Source: an uncultured bacterium (GTDB lineage: Bacteria; Bacillota_I; Bacilli_A; RFN20; CAG-826). From it: 64,000 bases of DNA. The notes under the pieces were generated by a model. The model did no database searches. It saw only the letters and a program-made list of their open reading frames with translations, and was not told the DNA's origin. Positions 47,713 to 57,926 of the stretch are shown piece after piece (the first letter of the stretch is position 1; every line of letters starts with the position of its first letter). The stretch is taken from NCBI GenBank assembly GCA_949293175.1, contig CASFCI010000002.1:27765-91764 (forward strand), read 5' to 3'. Made by a program: the position numbers and the translations under genes.

Positions 47713-49350
47713 TTGAAAGGAACTAGCAAAATAATGAAAAACAAAGGAAAAATCCTGCTGGTAGCGGTCCTAGGCGGCGCCCTTATGTCGGGCTGCGGTG
47801 GGAACGTGTCCAGCAGCGAGTCCACCGACGGCGGAGGAACCGCTTCATCGACTGAATCTTCCACCGCCACATCGACCTCGGAAACCTCTTCCGAGGATTT
47901 GGCCGAGGAGCTTTCGGACTCGACCAAGCTAAAGGAGCGGCTGCTGCTTTCCGCCGACCGTATCGTCACCTCGCGCCGGCTCTCGATCGACCTCTCAGGG
48001 ACCATCTACGACGATGGGAAGACCGAGTCGGTCTCCTTGGCCACCGAGCATGAGGGCCTCCGCACCTACACCGAGACCCCAACCGGCGGGACAGCGCGCA
48101 CCTACGTCAGCTACGCCGGCATCCTCGGAAGCGACTACTACAGCGTCGATTCGGACACATACGGCTATTCTATTCGGTATAAAGTCGCCGAAGGCGGGAC
48201 CTACGATCAGGAAGGCGCCGACGGCACCATCGAGCTCGTGCACCAGGAGACCGGTTTGAAAGGCACCCTGGCCTACGACGAAGCCCTGCTCGGGATGAGG
48301 TTCCTCCAAGGAGGGGACGTCGAGGCGACAGACCCCTGCCTGCACGAGGTGGAGTACACCGTCACCGCCACCGATGGCGGCTACGAGGCGGTCTGGGAGT
48401 CCTACTACGAGAACACCGAGACCAGCTCCGAGTACTACTACAACGCCAACTTCCTCATCATCGCCTCCTTCGATGAAGAGCTCAACCTCCTGTCGCTGCA
48501 GTCCGACGTCACCGCCGCCTTCCCCAACGAGTGGGACGCCTCGATCCACGCGCCGCTACCCACCGCCACCCCGATACACCGCCTATATGAGCTAAGCGAC
48601 ATCGTCTACGCCGAATCCTACCCGGCGACCGATCCCGCCCACCCGATACTAGCCAACCTGAATGACTACTTCGTCAGCGAGGTCACCTCGGCCTCGCTGG
48701 TCAGCTGGAACGCCTCCGGCCCCGGCGGAGCCTTCCAGGTCGGCGACACCATCCAGCTCGACGACTCGAGCATCGAATACGCCCCCTCGACCGCGCTAAA
48801 CGCCAGCTATCTAACCATCACCGGTGCCTCTGAGGATGGGGTCCTGGTCGAAACCGAGAAGATGGGCATGACCGCCACCGTCTTCGGCAAGGCCGGCACC
48901 TTCGACCTATACATCGGCGACGAGGTCAGCCCGAGGCTCGGCACCATCACCGTCACCGTCTCCGAGGTCGACACCTCCGGCGGCTCCAACGTCTCCTCGA
49001 TCGATTGGACCGGATTCGAGAGTTCCGAGGATGCCACCTCGACCGAGACCAACCCGGTTTACAACGTCACCGTCCCCTTCAACTTCAACTGGAACCAGGC
49101 TTGGGTGCGCGTCGACGACGGGACCCAGGCGATGCTAGACAAGATAATCCCGTCCTTCACCGACTCCAACGTGATGATGGTCAACTTCACGGAGGATCCT
49201 TCCATGGCCTCGGCCGGATATGCCATCATGGAGTTCTACCCGCTCATGAACAACACCACCACTACCATGACCATCACCAACCCCGATCCCAGCCAGGCCT
49301 GGGGCGTCGAGACCATCACGGTCAACTTCACCGTCGTCCCCAACGCCTAA
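47713..49350 (+). CDS. Lipoprotein, hypothetical, Thr/Ser-rich
   Basis: MKNKGKILLVAVLGGALMSGCGG lipobox. Preceded by an AT-rich promoter region. Confidence 0.5.
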   Translation: MKGTSKIMKNKGKILLVAVLGGALMSGCGGNVSSSESTDGGGTASSTESSTATSTSETSSEDLAEELSDSTKLKERLLLSADRIVTSRRLSIDLSGTIYDDGKTESVSLATEHEGLRTYTETPTGGTARTYVSYAGILGSDYYSVDSDTYGYSIRYKVAEGGTYDQEGADGTIELVHQETGLKGTLAYDEALLGMRFLQGGDVEATDPCLHEVEYTVTATDGGYEAVWESYYENTETSSEYYYNANFLIIASFDEELNLLSLQSDVTAAFPNEWDASIHAPLPTATPIHRLYELSDIVYAESYPATDPAHPILANLNDYFVSEVTSASLVSWNASGPGGAFQVGDTIQLDDSSIEYAPSTALNASYLTITGASEDGVLVETEKMGMTATVFGKAGTFDLYIGDEVSPRLGTITVTVSEVDTSGGSNVSSIDWTGFESSEDATSTETNPVYNVTVPFNFNWNQAWVRVDDGTQAMLDKIIPSFTDSNVMMVNFTEDPSMASAGYAIMEFYPLMNNTTTTMTITNPDPSQAWGVETITVNFTVVPNA

Positions 49351-49370
49351 AGCGCGAAAGGCAAAACGAA

Positions 49371-49400
49371 AACCCAGGAGCGATCCTGGGTTTTATTGTT
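49371..49400. terminator. Bidirectional rho-independent terminator
   Basis: The hairpin CCCAGGA-GCGAT-CCTGGG is followed by TTTTATTGTT. It is also preceded by an A-rich run on the opposite strand. Confidence 0.55.
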
Positions 49401-50283
49401 GCCTTAGGAAGCTAAGCGCCTCATCAAGCCACCCCTCGGCTGAGGTCCCCTTGCCAATCCCCCATCCATGCCCATCTCCGGGATAGACGCGGTAGAGGTG
49501 CCTCACCCCGCGCGATGACAACGCCCTATCGAAGGCGTCGGAGTTTATCGGCGGCACGACGTCGTCGGTTTCGGCCCGCCAGAGGAAGGTCGGCGGGTAG
49601 CCCGGGTCGACGTGCCCCTCATCGGACAGGAAGCCGGATAGGTCGTCCCGCCCCCCGGTGAACCACCGCTTGCTCGGCTCATGGGTCGGGAGGGAGAAGC
49701 TTATCACCGGATAGCCGAGTATCAGGGCTTGCGGCCTGGGGTAATCGAAGGCCTCGGCCATGTCCTTGCGGCAAATCATCGCCGACAGGTGCCCTCCGGC
49801 GGAGAAGCCTAAAAGCAAAGTCGGCAGCTTGCCGGCCTCCCGGAGGCATTCCGCCACCTGGATGACCGGCTTGGGGAAGCAGGCGTCGCCCCGGATGCCG
49901 TACCCGGCGATGTAGACGGAATAGCCCGCCTCCTGCAGCGGCCTCACGAAATCGAACCCCTCGTTGACCGAGGCGATCATCTCATATCCCCCGCCGGGGA
50001 CCACCACGGCGTTGGCCTTCGGGTTGGCTATCGGGAAATGGAGATAGCCATACTCGGTCGATTCTCGGTAGGGATGGAAGCAGCCCGGGTTTTCCTCTAT
50101 AAGGGAAACCAGGCCGGAGAATGACGGGTAGCATTCGCCCAGGCAGAAATCGGTGGCCTCGCGCAGGGTGACGCTCGGCCGGGCCGCGTAATAGGCGTCC
50201 TCCAGCGGGAGCAGCATCTTCCTCGCCCCGCGGACGTCTTCGTTCTGGAAAAGGCGCAGGACCGGGGTCTTTTCAATTCCCAT
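49393..50283 (-). CDS. Alpha/beta hydrolase (esterase/lipase-like)
   Basis: GFSAGGHLS is a GxSxG motif, with a downstream Asp and His. The start MGIEKTP is preceded by AGGAG. It overlaps the upstream gene by 11 nt. Confidence 0.6.
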   Translation of the reverse strand: MGIEKTPVLRLFQNEDVRGARKMLLPLEDAYYAARPSVTLREATDFCLGECYPSFSGLVSLIEENPGCFHPYRESTEYGYLHFPIANPKANAVVVPGGGYEMIASVNEGFDFVRPLQEAGYSVYIAGYGIRGDACFPKPVIQVAECLREAGKLPTLLLGFSAGGHLSAMICRKDMAEAFDYPRPQALILGYPVISFSLPTHEPSKRWFTGGRDDLSGFLSDEGHVDPGYPPTFLWRAETDDVVPPINSDAFDRALSSRGVRHLYRVYPGDGHGWGIGKGTSAEGWLDEALSFLRQQ

Positions 50284-51403
50284 TGGCCTGCTCCTGCTTC
50301 TTCGAGGCTGTGGCGAATCGCTGCTTCTGCAGGCCATAGGCCTCAAGCAGCTGGTGGTAATAAAGCTTGCGCATCGTGACGTAGCGGTCCCGCTCCTGCT
50401 CGGAGACGGTCGACATGTAGAGGCTGGTGAACACCTTCTCCAGCCGGAAGAAGGACTCGTAAAGCGAAAGCAGGGTCAGCGAGAAGAAGTAGTTCTTGCT
50501 CGAGTAGATCAGAAGCGGCGAGGAATGGGCGATCTCCGAGCTCATCTCGTAGACCTTGGAGTAGGAGGAAAGCCCCGCCATCCGCTGGACACCATCGCGG
50601 AAGTTCAGCTTGAACCCATCCTGCTTCTCGACGCCCTCGATGGCGTAAAGCCAGCCGTATTCGATGAAGCGCTTCATGTCCTTGCTCTTGAGGTCGTGGC
50701 CTCTCATCTCGGACTTGATCTTGACGAACTCCTCGTCGGTCTCCTCCTTGGTCTTTAGCCCCCCGCGGAAGGCGAGGGCGTAGCGCATGTGGACCAGGTA
50801 GCGCTCGATTATCGGCTTGCCGTACTTGAGCAGGCAATGGAGGATGCACTCGTTCTCGTGCAGCGTCCTCCAGGTCGAGAAGGCCTCGGTCTCGAAGCCG
50901 TTCTCCAATAGCGAGGTGACGCATTTGGCCATCTGGAAGCCCTTGTTCATGACGTCGATGACCAAGGTCTGCTGGGGATCGTTCTTCTTGTAGCGCGAAA
51001 GCATCCCCAGGATGAAGTTCAGATAGAGGTCGAGGGTCGACATCATCGGCGAGAACCGGGAGGTCAAAGACCCCATCCGGTAGGCCAGATGCTCATTGGT
51101 GAAGTACTTGTCCAGCGACACCGAGGCGAGGAACCCGATGTACTCCTGATTTCCCTTAAGCGCCTCCATCTTGGTGTTGGCGTGGGTCGCGAGGTAGAAG
51201 GAGTGCTCCGAGCAGATGTAAAGCGTGAGGGAGGCGAAGTTGATGCCGAACCTCGATATTATCGGGCTCTCCTCGCGCAGCTCGGTGGTGGCATCGAGGG
51301 CCGCCTCAAAAGCCTCCTGGATCAATCCGTAGTCGAGCGAATCCGGGACCTTGAGGGCCGAAAGGAACGCCTGATAGTCTTTTATCGGGTTTTGAATCGC
51401 CAT
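50273..51403 (-). CDS. Hypothetical protein of 376 aa, predicted largely alpha-helical. It is co-transcribed downstream of addA.
   Basis: ORF with an 18-nt gap after addA. No motif was recognised. Confidence 0.4.
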   Translation of the reverse strand: MAIQNPIKDYQAFLSALKVPDSLDYGLIQEAFEAALDATTELREESPIISRFGINFASLTLYICSEHSFYLATHANTKMEALKGNQEYIGFLASVSLDKYFTNEHLAYRMGSLTSRFSPMMSTLDLYLNFILGMLSRYKKNDPQQTLVIDVMNKGFQMAKCVTSLLENGFETEAFSTWRTLHENECILHCLLKYGKPIIERYLVHMRYALAFRGGLKTKEETDEEFVKIKSEMRGHDLKSKDMKRFIEYGWLYAIEGVEKQDGFKLNFRDGVQRMAGLSSYSKVYEMSSEIAHSSPLLIYSSKNYFFSLTLLSLYESFFRLEKVFTSLYMSTVSEQERDRYVTMRKLYYHQLLEAYGLQKQRFATASKKQEQANGN

Positions 51404-51421
51404 AGGGGCATTTTACCCCCT

Positions 51422-54400
51422 TTATGAGACCTTTTTCACTACCCCGCGCTGCACCGAGAGCAGATAGGCCTCAACTTTCTTGCCGAAAATGCGCTCGATC
51501 GACTTCTTGTAGCCGAGCACTTGGGCGATGTAGGCCTCGTCGTCGAGGCTATAGGACTTGAAGTCGAACAGGTCGATATGGTCGGGGTAGGACAAGAACA
51601 TGTCCACCACGCCACAGTTGCCGTCTTGATCCTTGAAGCGGTATTCGTGGTATTCCTCCGCTTCGCTTGAGCAATCGAAGATGGGCAGGCGAAGCACGGT
51701 TTCTATCTTCCGCCTCATGGACTCGGATATCCCTTCCGCGGGGACCTTATGGGTGAAGCTGGTGAGCTCAAGCGCCTTGTGCAGATCGGTGCCGGAAAGC
51801 AAGGTGGCGAAGCCCTTCCCAGCCTGACCGCGGGAATAGGAAAGATGGGAATCAGATACCTTCATGTTGAGTTTGGGCGGCTTTCGGAAGAAACCCTTCG
51901 GCTCGATCCGCTTGGCCAGCGCGGCATCGGCTTCCCCCTTGGCCTTCGGGAAAGGTGGCAGGAAACCAAGCTTTGCCGACATCAGGTCGACGATGTCGGC
52001 ATCGGACTTGGCGAAGCGGGCTAAACCGGTATAGGGGCCTTTGCCATCCTTCGGCTTGGCCCTTACGAAGGTGAGCCGCTCCTTGGCCCTGGTTATGGCG
52101 ACGTAAAGGAGCCTTATCTTCTCCGAGATGGCCTTTTTCCTCTCTGTGTCCTCGGTCAGGGTCTGCAGGAACGTCGAGGAGCCGAAGGGTTTCGAGGGCA
52201 ATAGGCCGTATTCCTCGCAGGAGACGATCTTCGCCCCGCCGCCGCCTTTGGTGTAGCTCCGCTCGAGGTCGGCGAGATAGACGTAGGTAAACTCAAGGCC
52301 CTTCGAGGCGTGGACCGACATCCCCTTGACGCAGGGGAATAGCTTCTCCGAAGGCGATGAGACCTTTACCTTGGCCTCTGACTTGTCGGAGCGGCGAAGG
52401 AACTCGGCGAACTCGGAGAAGCCTTGCAATGAGGAGTCGAACGAGGAGGCGAGGCTCAATAGGAAGCTGAGGGCCTGCAGGTTCTCCCGGCGCTTTTCGA
52501 CGTAGGCGAGGTTATCGTAGAATCCAAGCTCGTCGAAGGCCTTCTGCAGCGCATCCTGGACCGGCAAACCCCGCAAAGCGGGCATTATCGATTCGATTTT
52601 GGCGACGATCGGAAGCGATTTCAGGTCGTTTTTGCGGGCTAGCTCGTGGATGGCCTCGTCATCGAAGTCGGGGCAGAGGTAGCTCCGCTGCAGTCCCAAG
52701 GCGCTACAGACGAAGGCGAATGATGACTCGTCGCCGCGGGCTAGGCAATCAAGCATCTCGACCAAGCTGCAGGCGGTGAGGAACGACTCCGTGCGGCTGG
52801 TGGAGCTATCGATGGTCGGGGAGAAGGGGATGTGCATCTTGGAGAACACCTTCATGATGACCGGCAGCGAGTTCTTCCGGCTGACCAATATGGCGAAGTC
52901 GGAGTAGTCGGCGTCCCTGATGACGGGCTCCCCGTCCTTGAAGAAGACGGCCTGGGTCTTGGAGGCGACGATGCTCTTTATGTCCTCCCCGATGGCGCGC
53001 GCCATCTCCTCGAATTGGTTCCCAATCTTTGGGTCGTACTCCATCAAGGCAAACCCATGGATTGGGGAAGAGGAGGCGTCGTAACCTTTCGCCCCGGGGT
53101 TGAGGGCTTGGCCATTGGAGTAGTCCACCCCGCCGAAGTCCTTGCTCATGAAGGAGGAGAACATGGCGTTAAGCCCATCGATTATCTGCCGTCTGGAGCG
53201 GAAGTTGTCGTCTAGCGAGATGAGCTTCCCCTTGCCATGCTCGCAATCCGCCATCATCGAGAGGAACAGGTCGGGGTTGGCGTTGCGGAAACGGTAAATC
53301 GACTGCTTGATGTCGCCGACGCAGAATAGGTTGTCGTTGGCGATCTGCCTAAGCAATTCCATCTGAAGGTTTGAGGTGTCCTGGAACTCGTCGACCATGA
53401 TGAAGCGGTATTTGTCCTGCAGCTGCTTCTTTACTTCGGGGAGGCTCGCGACCTTCCTCGCGAAATAGGCGATGTCGGAGAAGGTGAAGGCGGAGTTCTC
53501 CCGCTTGTAGGAGTCGACGCGATCATTGAGTTCCTTGGTGAGCTCAAGCACCGGGCGCATCAGCCTAAGCGCCTCAAGCTGCTGCTTGACGAGGTCCTCG
53601 TCGGAACCGGAAAGCATGGCGCAGGCCTGCTTGTACTCGGCGCTGACCACGGAGCGGATGGCCTTGTCCTCGGGGCTAAGCTCATTGGCGGTCGCCCGCC
53701 TTAATCCCTTCGAGAACCCGACCGACTCGCCCGGCTTTAGCGATTCATAGGTTTCCAAAACCTTCTGAATGTTTTCTACGTCGCGGTCGGAGGTAGAGGA
53801 GCCGTTCATGTTGGCGTATAGCGGCGCGAGGCTAAGGCAGTCGCGGAGCAGCGACTTCCCGTATTCGCGGTAGTCCTTGACCTTCGAAGCCACGAAGGCC
53901 TCGCTAAGATATTTTTCCCCGTAGGTTGATAGGAAGGCGTCCTTGTCGCCCGAAAGCTCGCCGAGGGAAAGCAATGCATTTACGTAGCGGTATAGGGTGT
54001 CGAAGCTGCTCCGGCAATAGATCGAGCAGAAGTCGCGGAATCCATCCGCCTCAGCGCCGAGGGCCTTCTTCGACCATCGCTCCACGAGCTCGTCGAATAT
54101 CCGTCGCTGCTCTGTCTTGAACAGGAACTCGTCCTGGATGGAGGGCGGCAAAGGCAGCCCCACATCCTCATAATGCTCCATGAGCAAGGAGTTGGCGAAG
54201 GAGTCGAAGGTGCAGATAGAGGCCTGCTCGACCTCATCGGCCATGGCCCGAACCTCGGGATGGGAAGAGGAGGCGATTTTGCGGCGGATGCGCTCCTTCA
54301 TCTCGGCGGCGGCCTTCTCGGTGAAGGTGAGCACCAAAAGCTGCTTGGGGGTGCAGTGCTTCCCCTCGACTAGGTGCAATGCCCGCTCGGAAAGGGTCTC

Positions 54401-54493
54401 GGTCTTCCCGCTGCCGGCCCCGGCGGAAACCAGGCAATTGCCATAGACGAAATCTATGGCTTCCTGCTGCTTGCTAGTCGGCTTCATCCTCAT
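51422..54493 (-). CDS. addA: ATP-dependent helicase/nuclease subunit A
   Basis: UvrD-like helicase motifs (AGAGSGKT, DEFQDTS) and the C-terminal RecB-family nuclease motif DLFDFKSY. Confidence 0.85.
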   Translation of the reverse strand: MRMKPTSKQQEAIDFVYGNCLVSAGAGSGKTETLSERALHLVEGKHCTPKQLLVLTFTEKAAAEMKERIRRKIASSSHPEVRAMADEVEQASICTFDSFANSLLMEHYEDVGLPLPPSIQDEFLFKTEQRRIFDELVERWSKKALGAEADGFRDFCSIYCRSSFDTLYRYVNALLSLGELSGDKDAFLSTYGEKYLSEAFVASKVKDYREYGKSLLRDCLSLAPLYANMNGSSTSDRDVENIQKVLETYESLKPGESVGFSKGLRRATANELSPEDKAIRSVVSAEYKQACAMLSGSDEDLVKQQLEALRLMRPVLELTKELNDRVDSYKRENSAFTFSDIAYFARKVASLPEVKKQLQDKYRFIMVDEFQDTSNLQMELLRQIANDNLFCVGDIKQSIYRFRNANPDLFLSMMADCEHGKGKLISLDDNFRSRRQIIDGLNAMFSSFMSKDFGGVDYSNGQALNPGAKGYDASSSPIHGFALMEYDPKIGNQFEEMARAIGEDIKSIVASKTQAVFFKDGEPVIRDADYSDFAILVSRKNSLPVIMKVFSKMHIPFSPTIDSSTSRTESFLTACSLVEMLDCLARGDESSFAFVCSALGLQRSYLCPDFDDEAIHELARKNDLKSLPIVAKIESIMPALRGLPVQDALQKAFDELGFYDNLAYVEKRRENLQALSFLLSLASSFDSSLQGFSEFAEFLRRSDKSEAKVKVSSPSEKLFPCVKGMSVHASKGLEFTYVYLADLERSYTKGGGGAKIVSCEEYGLLPSKPFGSSTFLQTLTEDTERKKAISEKIRLLYVAITRAKERLTFVRAKPKDGKGPYTGLARFAKSDADIVDLMSAKLGFLPPFPKAKGEADAALAKRIEPKGFFRKPPKLNMKVSDSHLSYSRGQAGKGFATLLSGTDLHKALELTSFTHKVPAEGISESMRRKIETVLRLPIFDCSSEAEEYHEYRFKDQDGNCGVVDMFLSYPDHIDLFDFKSYSLDDEAYIAQVLGYKKSIERIFGKKVEAYLLSVQRGVVKKVS

Positions 54494-56894
54494 CGTCCTC
54501 CTCGTATTCGAATTTCCCAATCTGCTCGTATGAGACGGCGCCGTCCTCGCCCTCGCGCTTCCTATAGTAGCGGGCGAAGTCCGGGTCGGCGTGGCAGATG
54601 GCGGAGAAGCTGCAGTATTTGCAGCCGTCATCCCCGTTTTTGACCTTGATAGGCGAGATCGGGAACTTCGATTCCTCTATGGCATCCATCTCCTGCTCCG
54701 CCTTTCCCTTGGCCTGCTCGATTATCCGCTTGAGGGATTCGGCGTCGAAGGCGCCTTTCACTTCGCCTTTGGCGGAGTGGCTTATTATCTCCAGGTCCGG
54801 ATCGAACTTCTCCAGCAACGAGGGATCGGCCTTAACGAACCCCTCCAGCGCGGCGGGGGAATCCGCTACCTCGGCGTGGTTCTCGATGTTGCATTTGATC
54901 GAGGCGATGAAGGCCCCATAGACCTCTTTGCCCAAGGTGGAGGAGGCCATGAGGCTATATAGCGGCAGCTGCATCGATAGGCCTAGCGGTATCTTGGGCA
55001 GCTCGAACCGGTGGTTCCAGCCGCTCGTCTTGTAGTCGACGACGAACACCTCATCGCCGACTTCGCCGACGAGGTCGCTCCGGCCATATAGCTTCCGCCC
55101 GCCCAGATCGGCCTGTAGCTCGATCTCGGGGCGCAGCTCGAAAAGACGGAGCCGCTTGGCGTAGTTGTCCGCGCTCACCCGCGCCTCCTCCTCGGTGAAG
55201 GAAAGCAGCAGCTGCTCCGAATAGGAGAACGACTCCCCGGCTTCCCCTATTATCCTCTCGGCCTCCTGCTTGCCAGATTTGAAGAAGGAGGTGTCGTAGC
55301 CATGACGGCCGATCTCCTCGAAGATCGCGTGGAAATAGGTCCCCTGCAAGGACGGGAAGGAATGGGAATCGTCGCGCAGCCCCAGGATGTACTGCAGATA
55401 GTACCTATATGGGCATTTTGCGTAGGTTTCCAGCGCGGAAAAGGATGCCTTAGATAGCTTTTCGGCCGCAAAGGCCCGGTTGTTTTTGTCAAACCGCGGA
55501 TCGTAAAGGGCAAAGCCCGGCAGCATCTCGGCCAAGGCGTCCTGCCGAGGCGATTTGCTTAGGAACTTCTTCTCCGACTCGAGGTCGTCGCCATACTCGA
55601 TGCGGGCGAACCCCTTGGAGTATTCGCAGTTTAGCGGCCCCTCGTCGTGGGCGATGGAAACGCGATGGGAGCGGGCTTTCTCCATCTCGTCGGCCAAAAG
55701 GAACGACTCGTGGCGCGGCCTATCGTCGGTCCCCTGCATGTAGAAGAAGGCGTCCTTGATGTATCCATGGCGCAACGCGGAAAGCAAATCGCAGGCGTCT
55801 AGGTGCCCCGCTTCCTGCGGGGTCATTAGCCCCGCGGCCTCGTAGTCTTCCTCTTCCAATAGGAATGGGTTGTCCGCCCCGGGCTTTGGGGCGTGGGAGC
55901 TGGAGAAGTCGAGCAAGATGCCATATTGGCCGCTCTCGCAGAAATAACCCCGCGCGACGTTGATGCCCTCTTCGTAAGTCACCCCGCCGGTCAATTTCTC
56001 CTTCAGGCAGAGGTAGCAGGCCTGCTTTATATCGCTTAGCTTGGAGTTAAGGCAAAGGGGCGACAGAGCCTCAAGGATCATATCGATCTTGTCGGACTCC
56101 GGGAATTCGCTCTTCAGCTTTTCCTCTAACGAAAGCAGCCCTTCCCTACCGGATAGAGAGCAAGCGGCGATGAACTTTAGCGCGGCCTTGCCTTCGTCTA
56201 GATAGGCTAGCGGAATCGAGGCTGGCAGATTTATCGGGAGGCCATATAGGCGCGAGATCTCGAGCAGGGCGCGGTGGTCGCCATCCTCGTAGTTGCATAG
56301 GCAGATGTCGCTCGGCTTGACTCCATGCTTGTCGATAAGATGGCAAAGCAGGTTGCCAAGGTAATGAAACCCCTCGATGTAGGTCGGGAAACGGTGCAGC
56401 GAATAGCCGAATGCCGCCTTGGGATCTTGAAGATCGTCCCCCAGCCCCTCGCCGAGGTCGAAGCCCATCGCGATGTTGGGGAGCTCTTTGACTAGGCTCG
56501 CCACCCGCTTCCCCGAGCCATAGCCGGCGATGATGATGTTCCTTCCCTTCAGCCTGGCCCCAGGCAGGAAGGGCTCATGGATGTAGCCTTCGCTTTTCAG
56601 CAGGTCGAACAATCGGCAGACCTCATTTAGGCTCTGCGCTTTCCTGGCCTTCTTCTCGTCCAATAAGGGGAGGCAATCAAGCAGGGCTTTCGCCTTTCTA
56701 TAGGATATTCCGTCGTCCAAAAGCCGCCCGATCGCGCTTGGGTCTATCCGGCGGGAAAACTCATCCTCCAGCGAGGATAGGTCGAATAGCTTGATGTCTA
56801 GGCCCGGCTGGCTCGCCATCATGTCGAGGTAGCGCCCCCAAAGGGCGCGCGGGGCGATGATGGCGGAGTTGGAATAGAGGGTGTCTTTTTGCAT
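54474..56894 (-). CDS. addB: ATP-dependent helicase/nuclease subunit B, short form (806 aa)
   Basis: The C-terminal nuclease domain has an Fe-S cysteine cluster (CPYRYY...DGCKYCSFSAICH) and DYKTS. It overlaps addA. There is no canonical N-terminal Walker A. Confidence 0.7.
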   Translation of the reverse strand: MQKDTLYSNSAIIAPRALWGRYLDMMASQPGLDIKLFDLSSLEDEFSRRIDPSAIGRLLDDGISYRKAKALLDCLPLLDEKKARKAQSLNEVCRLFDLLKSEGYIHEPFLPGARLKGRNIIIAGYGSGKRVASLVKELPNIAMGFDLGEGLGDDLQDPKAAFGYSLHRFPTYIEGFHYLGNLLCHLIDKHGVKPSDICLCNYEDGDHRALLEISRLYGLPINLPASIPLAYLDEGKAALKFIAACSLSGREGLLSLEEKLKSEFPESDKIDMILEALSPLCLNSKLSDIKQACYLCLKEKLTGGVTYEEGINVARGYFCESGQYGILLDFSSSHAPKPGADNPFLLEEEDYEAAGLMTPQEAGHLDACDLLSALRHGYIKDAFFYMQGTDDRPRHESFLLADEMEKARSHRVSIAHDEGPLNCEYSKGFARIEYGDDLESEKKFLSKSPRQDALAEMLPGFALYDPRFDKNNRAFAAEKLSKASFSALETYAKCPYRYYLQYILGLRDDSHSFPSLQGTYFHAIFEEIGRHGYDTSFFKSGKQEAERIIGEAGESFSYSEQLLLSFTEEEARVSADNYAKRLRLFELRPEIELQADLGGRKLYGRSDLVGEVGDEVFVVDYKTSGWNHRFELPKIPLGLSMQLPLYSLMASSTLGKEVYGAFIASIKCNIENHAEVADSPAALEGFVKADPSLLEKFDPDLEIISHSAKGEVKGAFDAESLKRIIEQAKGKAEQEMDAIEESKFPISPIKVKNGDDGCKYCSFSAICHADPDFARYYRKREGEDGAVSYEQIGKFEYEEDDEDEAD

Positions 56895-56978
56895 AGATTG
56901 ATTCTATACCCGCGCAGGGGGCCGACTCTAGAAGCGGCTGAAGAGAATACCGGACGGACATTGTGCTTTAATATTCTC

Positions 56979-57926
56979 ATGGCAAGGCAGAAGCGGACAT
57001 TGATCGAGATGATAACCTTAGAGGCCCACTCGCTTTTGCTGCGGATTGCCAAAAGGGCATCGGGCAGCGAATACGACGAGGAGCTCCGCGCGATCGCCAA
57101 GGCCATCGAGGGCGAGTCTGGCAAGCTGACCGACCTCGACCTCGCCGAGGCCTTGCTTTACTTCGGAAGGGCTTTGACTGCCCGGCCAGCCGATGAGGAT
57201 GGCTTCTACGAAGGCGCCGCCTCGATCGCCTACGCCTATCGCCTAAGCGAGGGGATGGCCGATAGGGAACATCAGAGGGAGCAATCGAAGATCCACGCGA
57301 TATGCGCCCTCCACCTTGGGTTTCTATCGCTATTCAAAAAGGATGGGGAGGAGCTGCTCTTCGGCGCCTCGCCCTACGCCAACATGGCGGTCAAATACGG
57401 GTTGGAGGCCGACATCGACCAAGGCCTGGCCTTCCTAGAGGAATGCCGCGGCGAAAGGATGCTGTGTAACGACGCCAACTCGCTGCTGGGACTATATTAC
57501 AGCCACCGCGGTGGCGAGCAATCCATCGCCAAAGACGACCTCAAGCGGGCGGTATACCATTTCATGCTGCTGAAGGCCCCGAGCCGGAAAAGGGAGGGGG
57601 CCTCCTGCTGCCGCTATATCCCGTTTTTCGCCTCCTCGCTGGCCTTCGAGGCCAAGCGGCTCATCGATTTCGGCTACCTGAAGCCGGGTTTTGCGCTGCT
57701 TTCGCACTCCCTCGATCTCGAGAAGGGGCTAAAAGACGAGCAGAGGAATCCCTATATACCATTCAATTTGGCGTTATGCTGCCTATATGGGGTCGGGACC
57801 CCGATCGACCGGGTCAAGGCCAACGAATACAAAAGCATCCTCGAGGGGCTTGCCGATAAGCTCCCCCTCGCCGAGAAGCTTTGCATCTCCCTTTCCAGGG
57901 CCGACTTCTCGTTGCCTAGGGCTTAG
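56979..57926 (+). CDS. Hypothetical protein with Sel1/TPR-like repeats
   Basis: Repeats such as ALCCLYGVGTPIDRVKANEY. The start is uncertain. The track ORF begins with TTG at 56889. Confidence 0.35.
   Translation: MARQKRTLIEMITLEAHSLLLRIAKRASGSEYDEELRAIAKAIEGESGKLTDLDLAEALLYFGRALTARPADEDGFYEGAASIAYAYRLSEGMADREHQREQSKIHAICALHLGFLSLFKKDGEELLFGASPYANMAVKYGLEADIDQGLAFLEECRGERMLCNDANSLLGLYYSHRGGEQSIAKDDLKRAVYHFMLLKAPSRKREGASCCRYIPFFASSLAFEAKRLIDFGYLKPGFALLSHSLDLEKGLKDEQRNPYIPFNLALCCLYGVGTPIDRVKANEYKSILEGLADKLPLAEKLCISLSRADFSLPRA

Noticed and set aside
56889-56978. TTG-initiated N-terminal extension of the Sel1-like ORF, and likewise 21098..21118 for the membrane protein.
   Set aside because: The track's longest-ORF starts use TTG with no SD. 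Internal ATG starts are more plausible but still uncertain.
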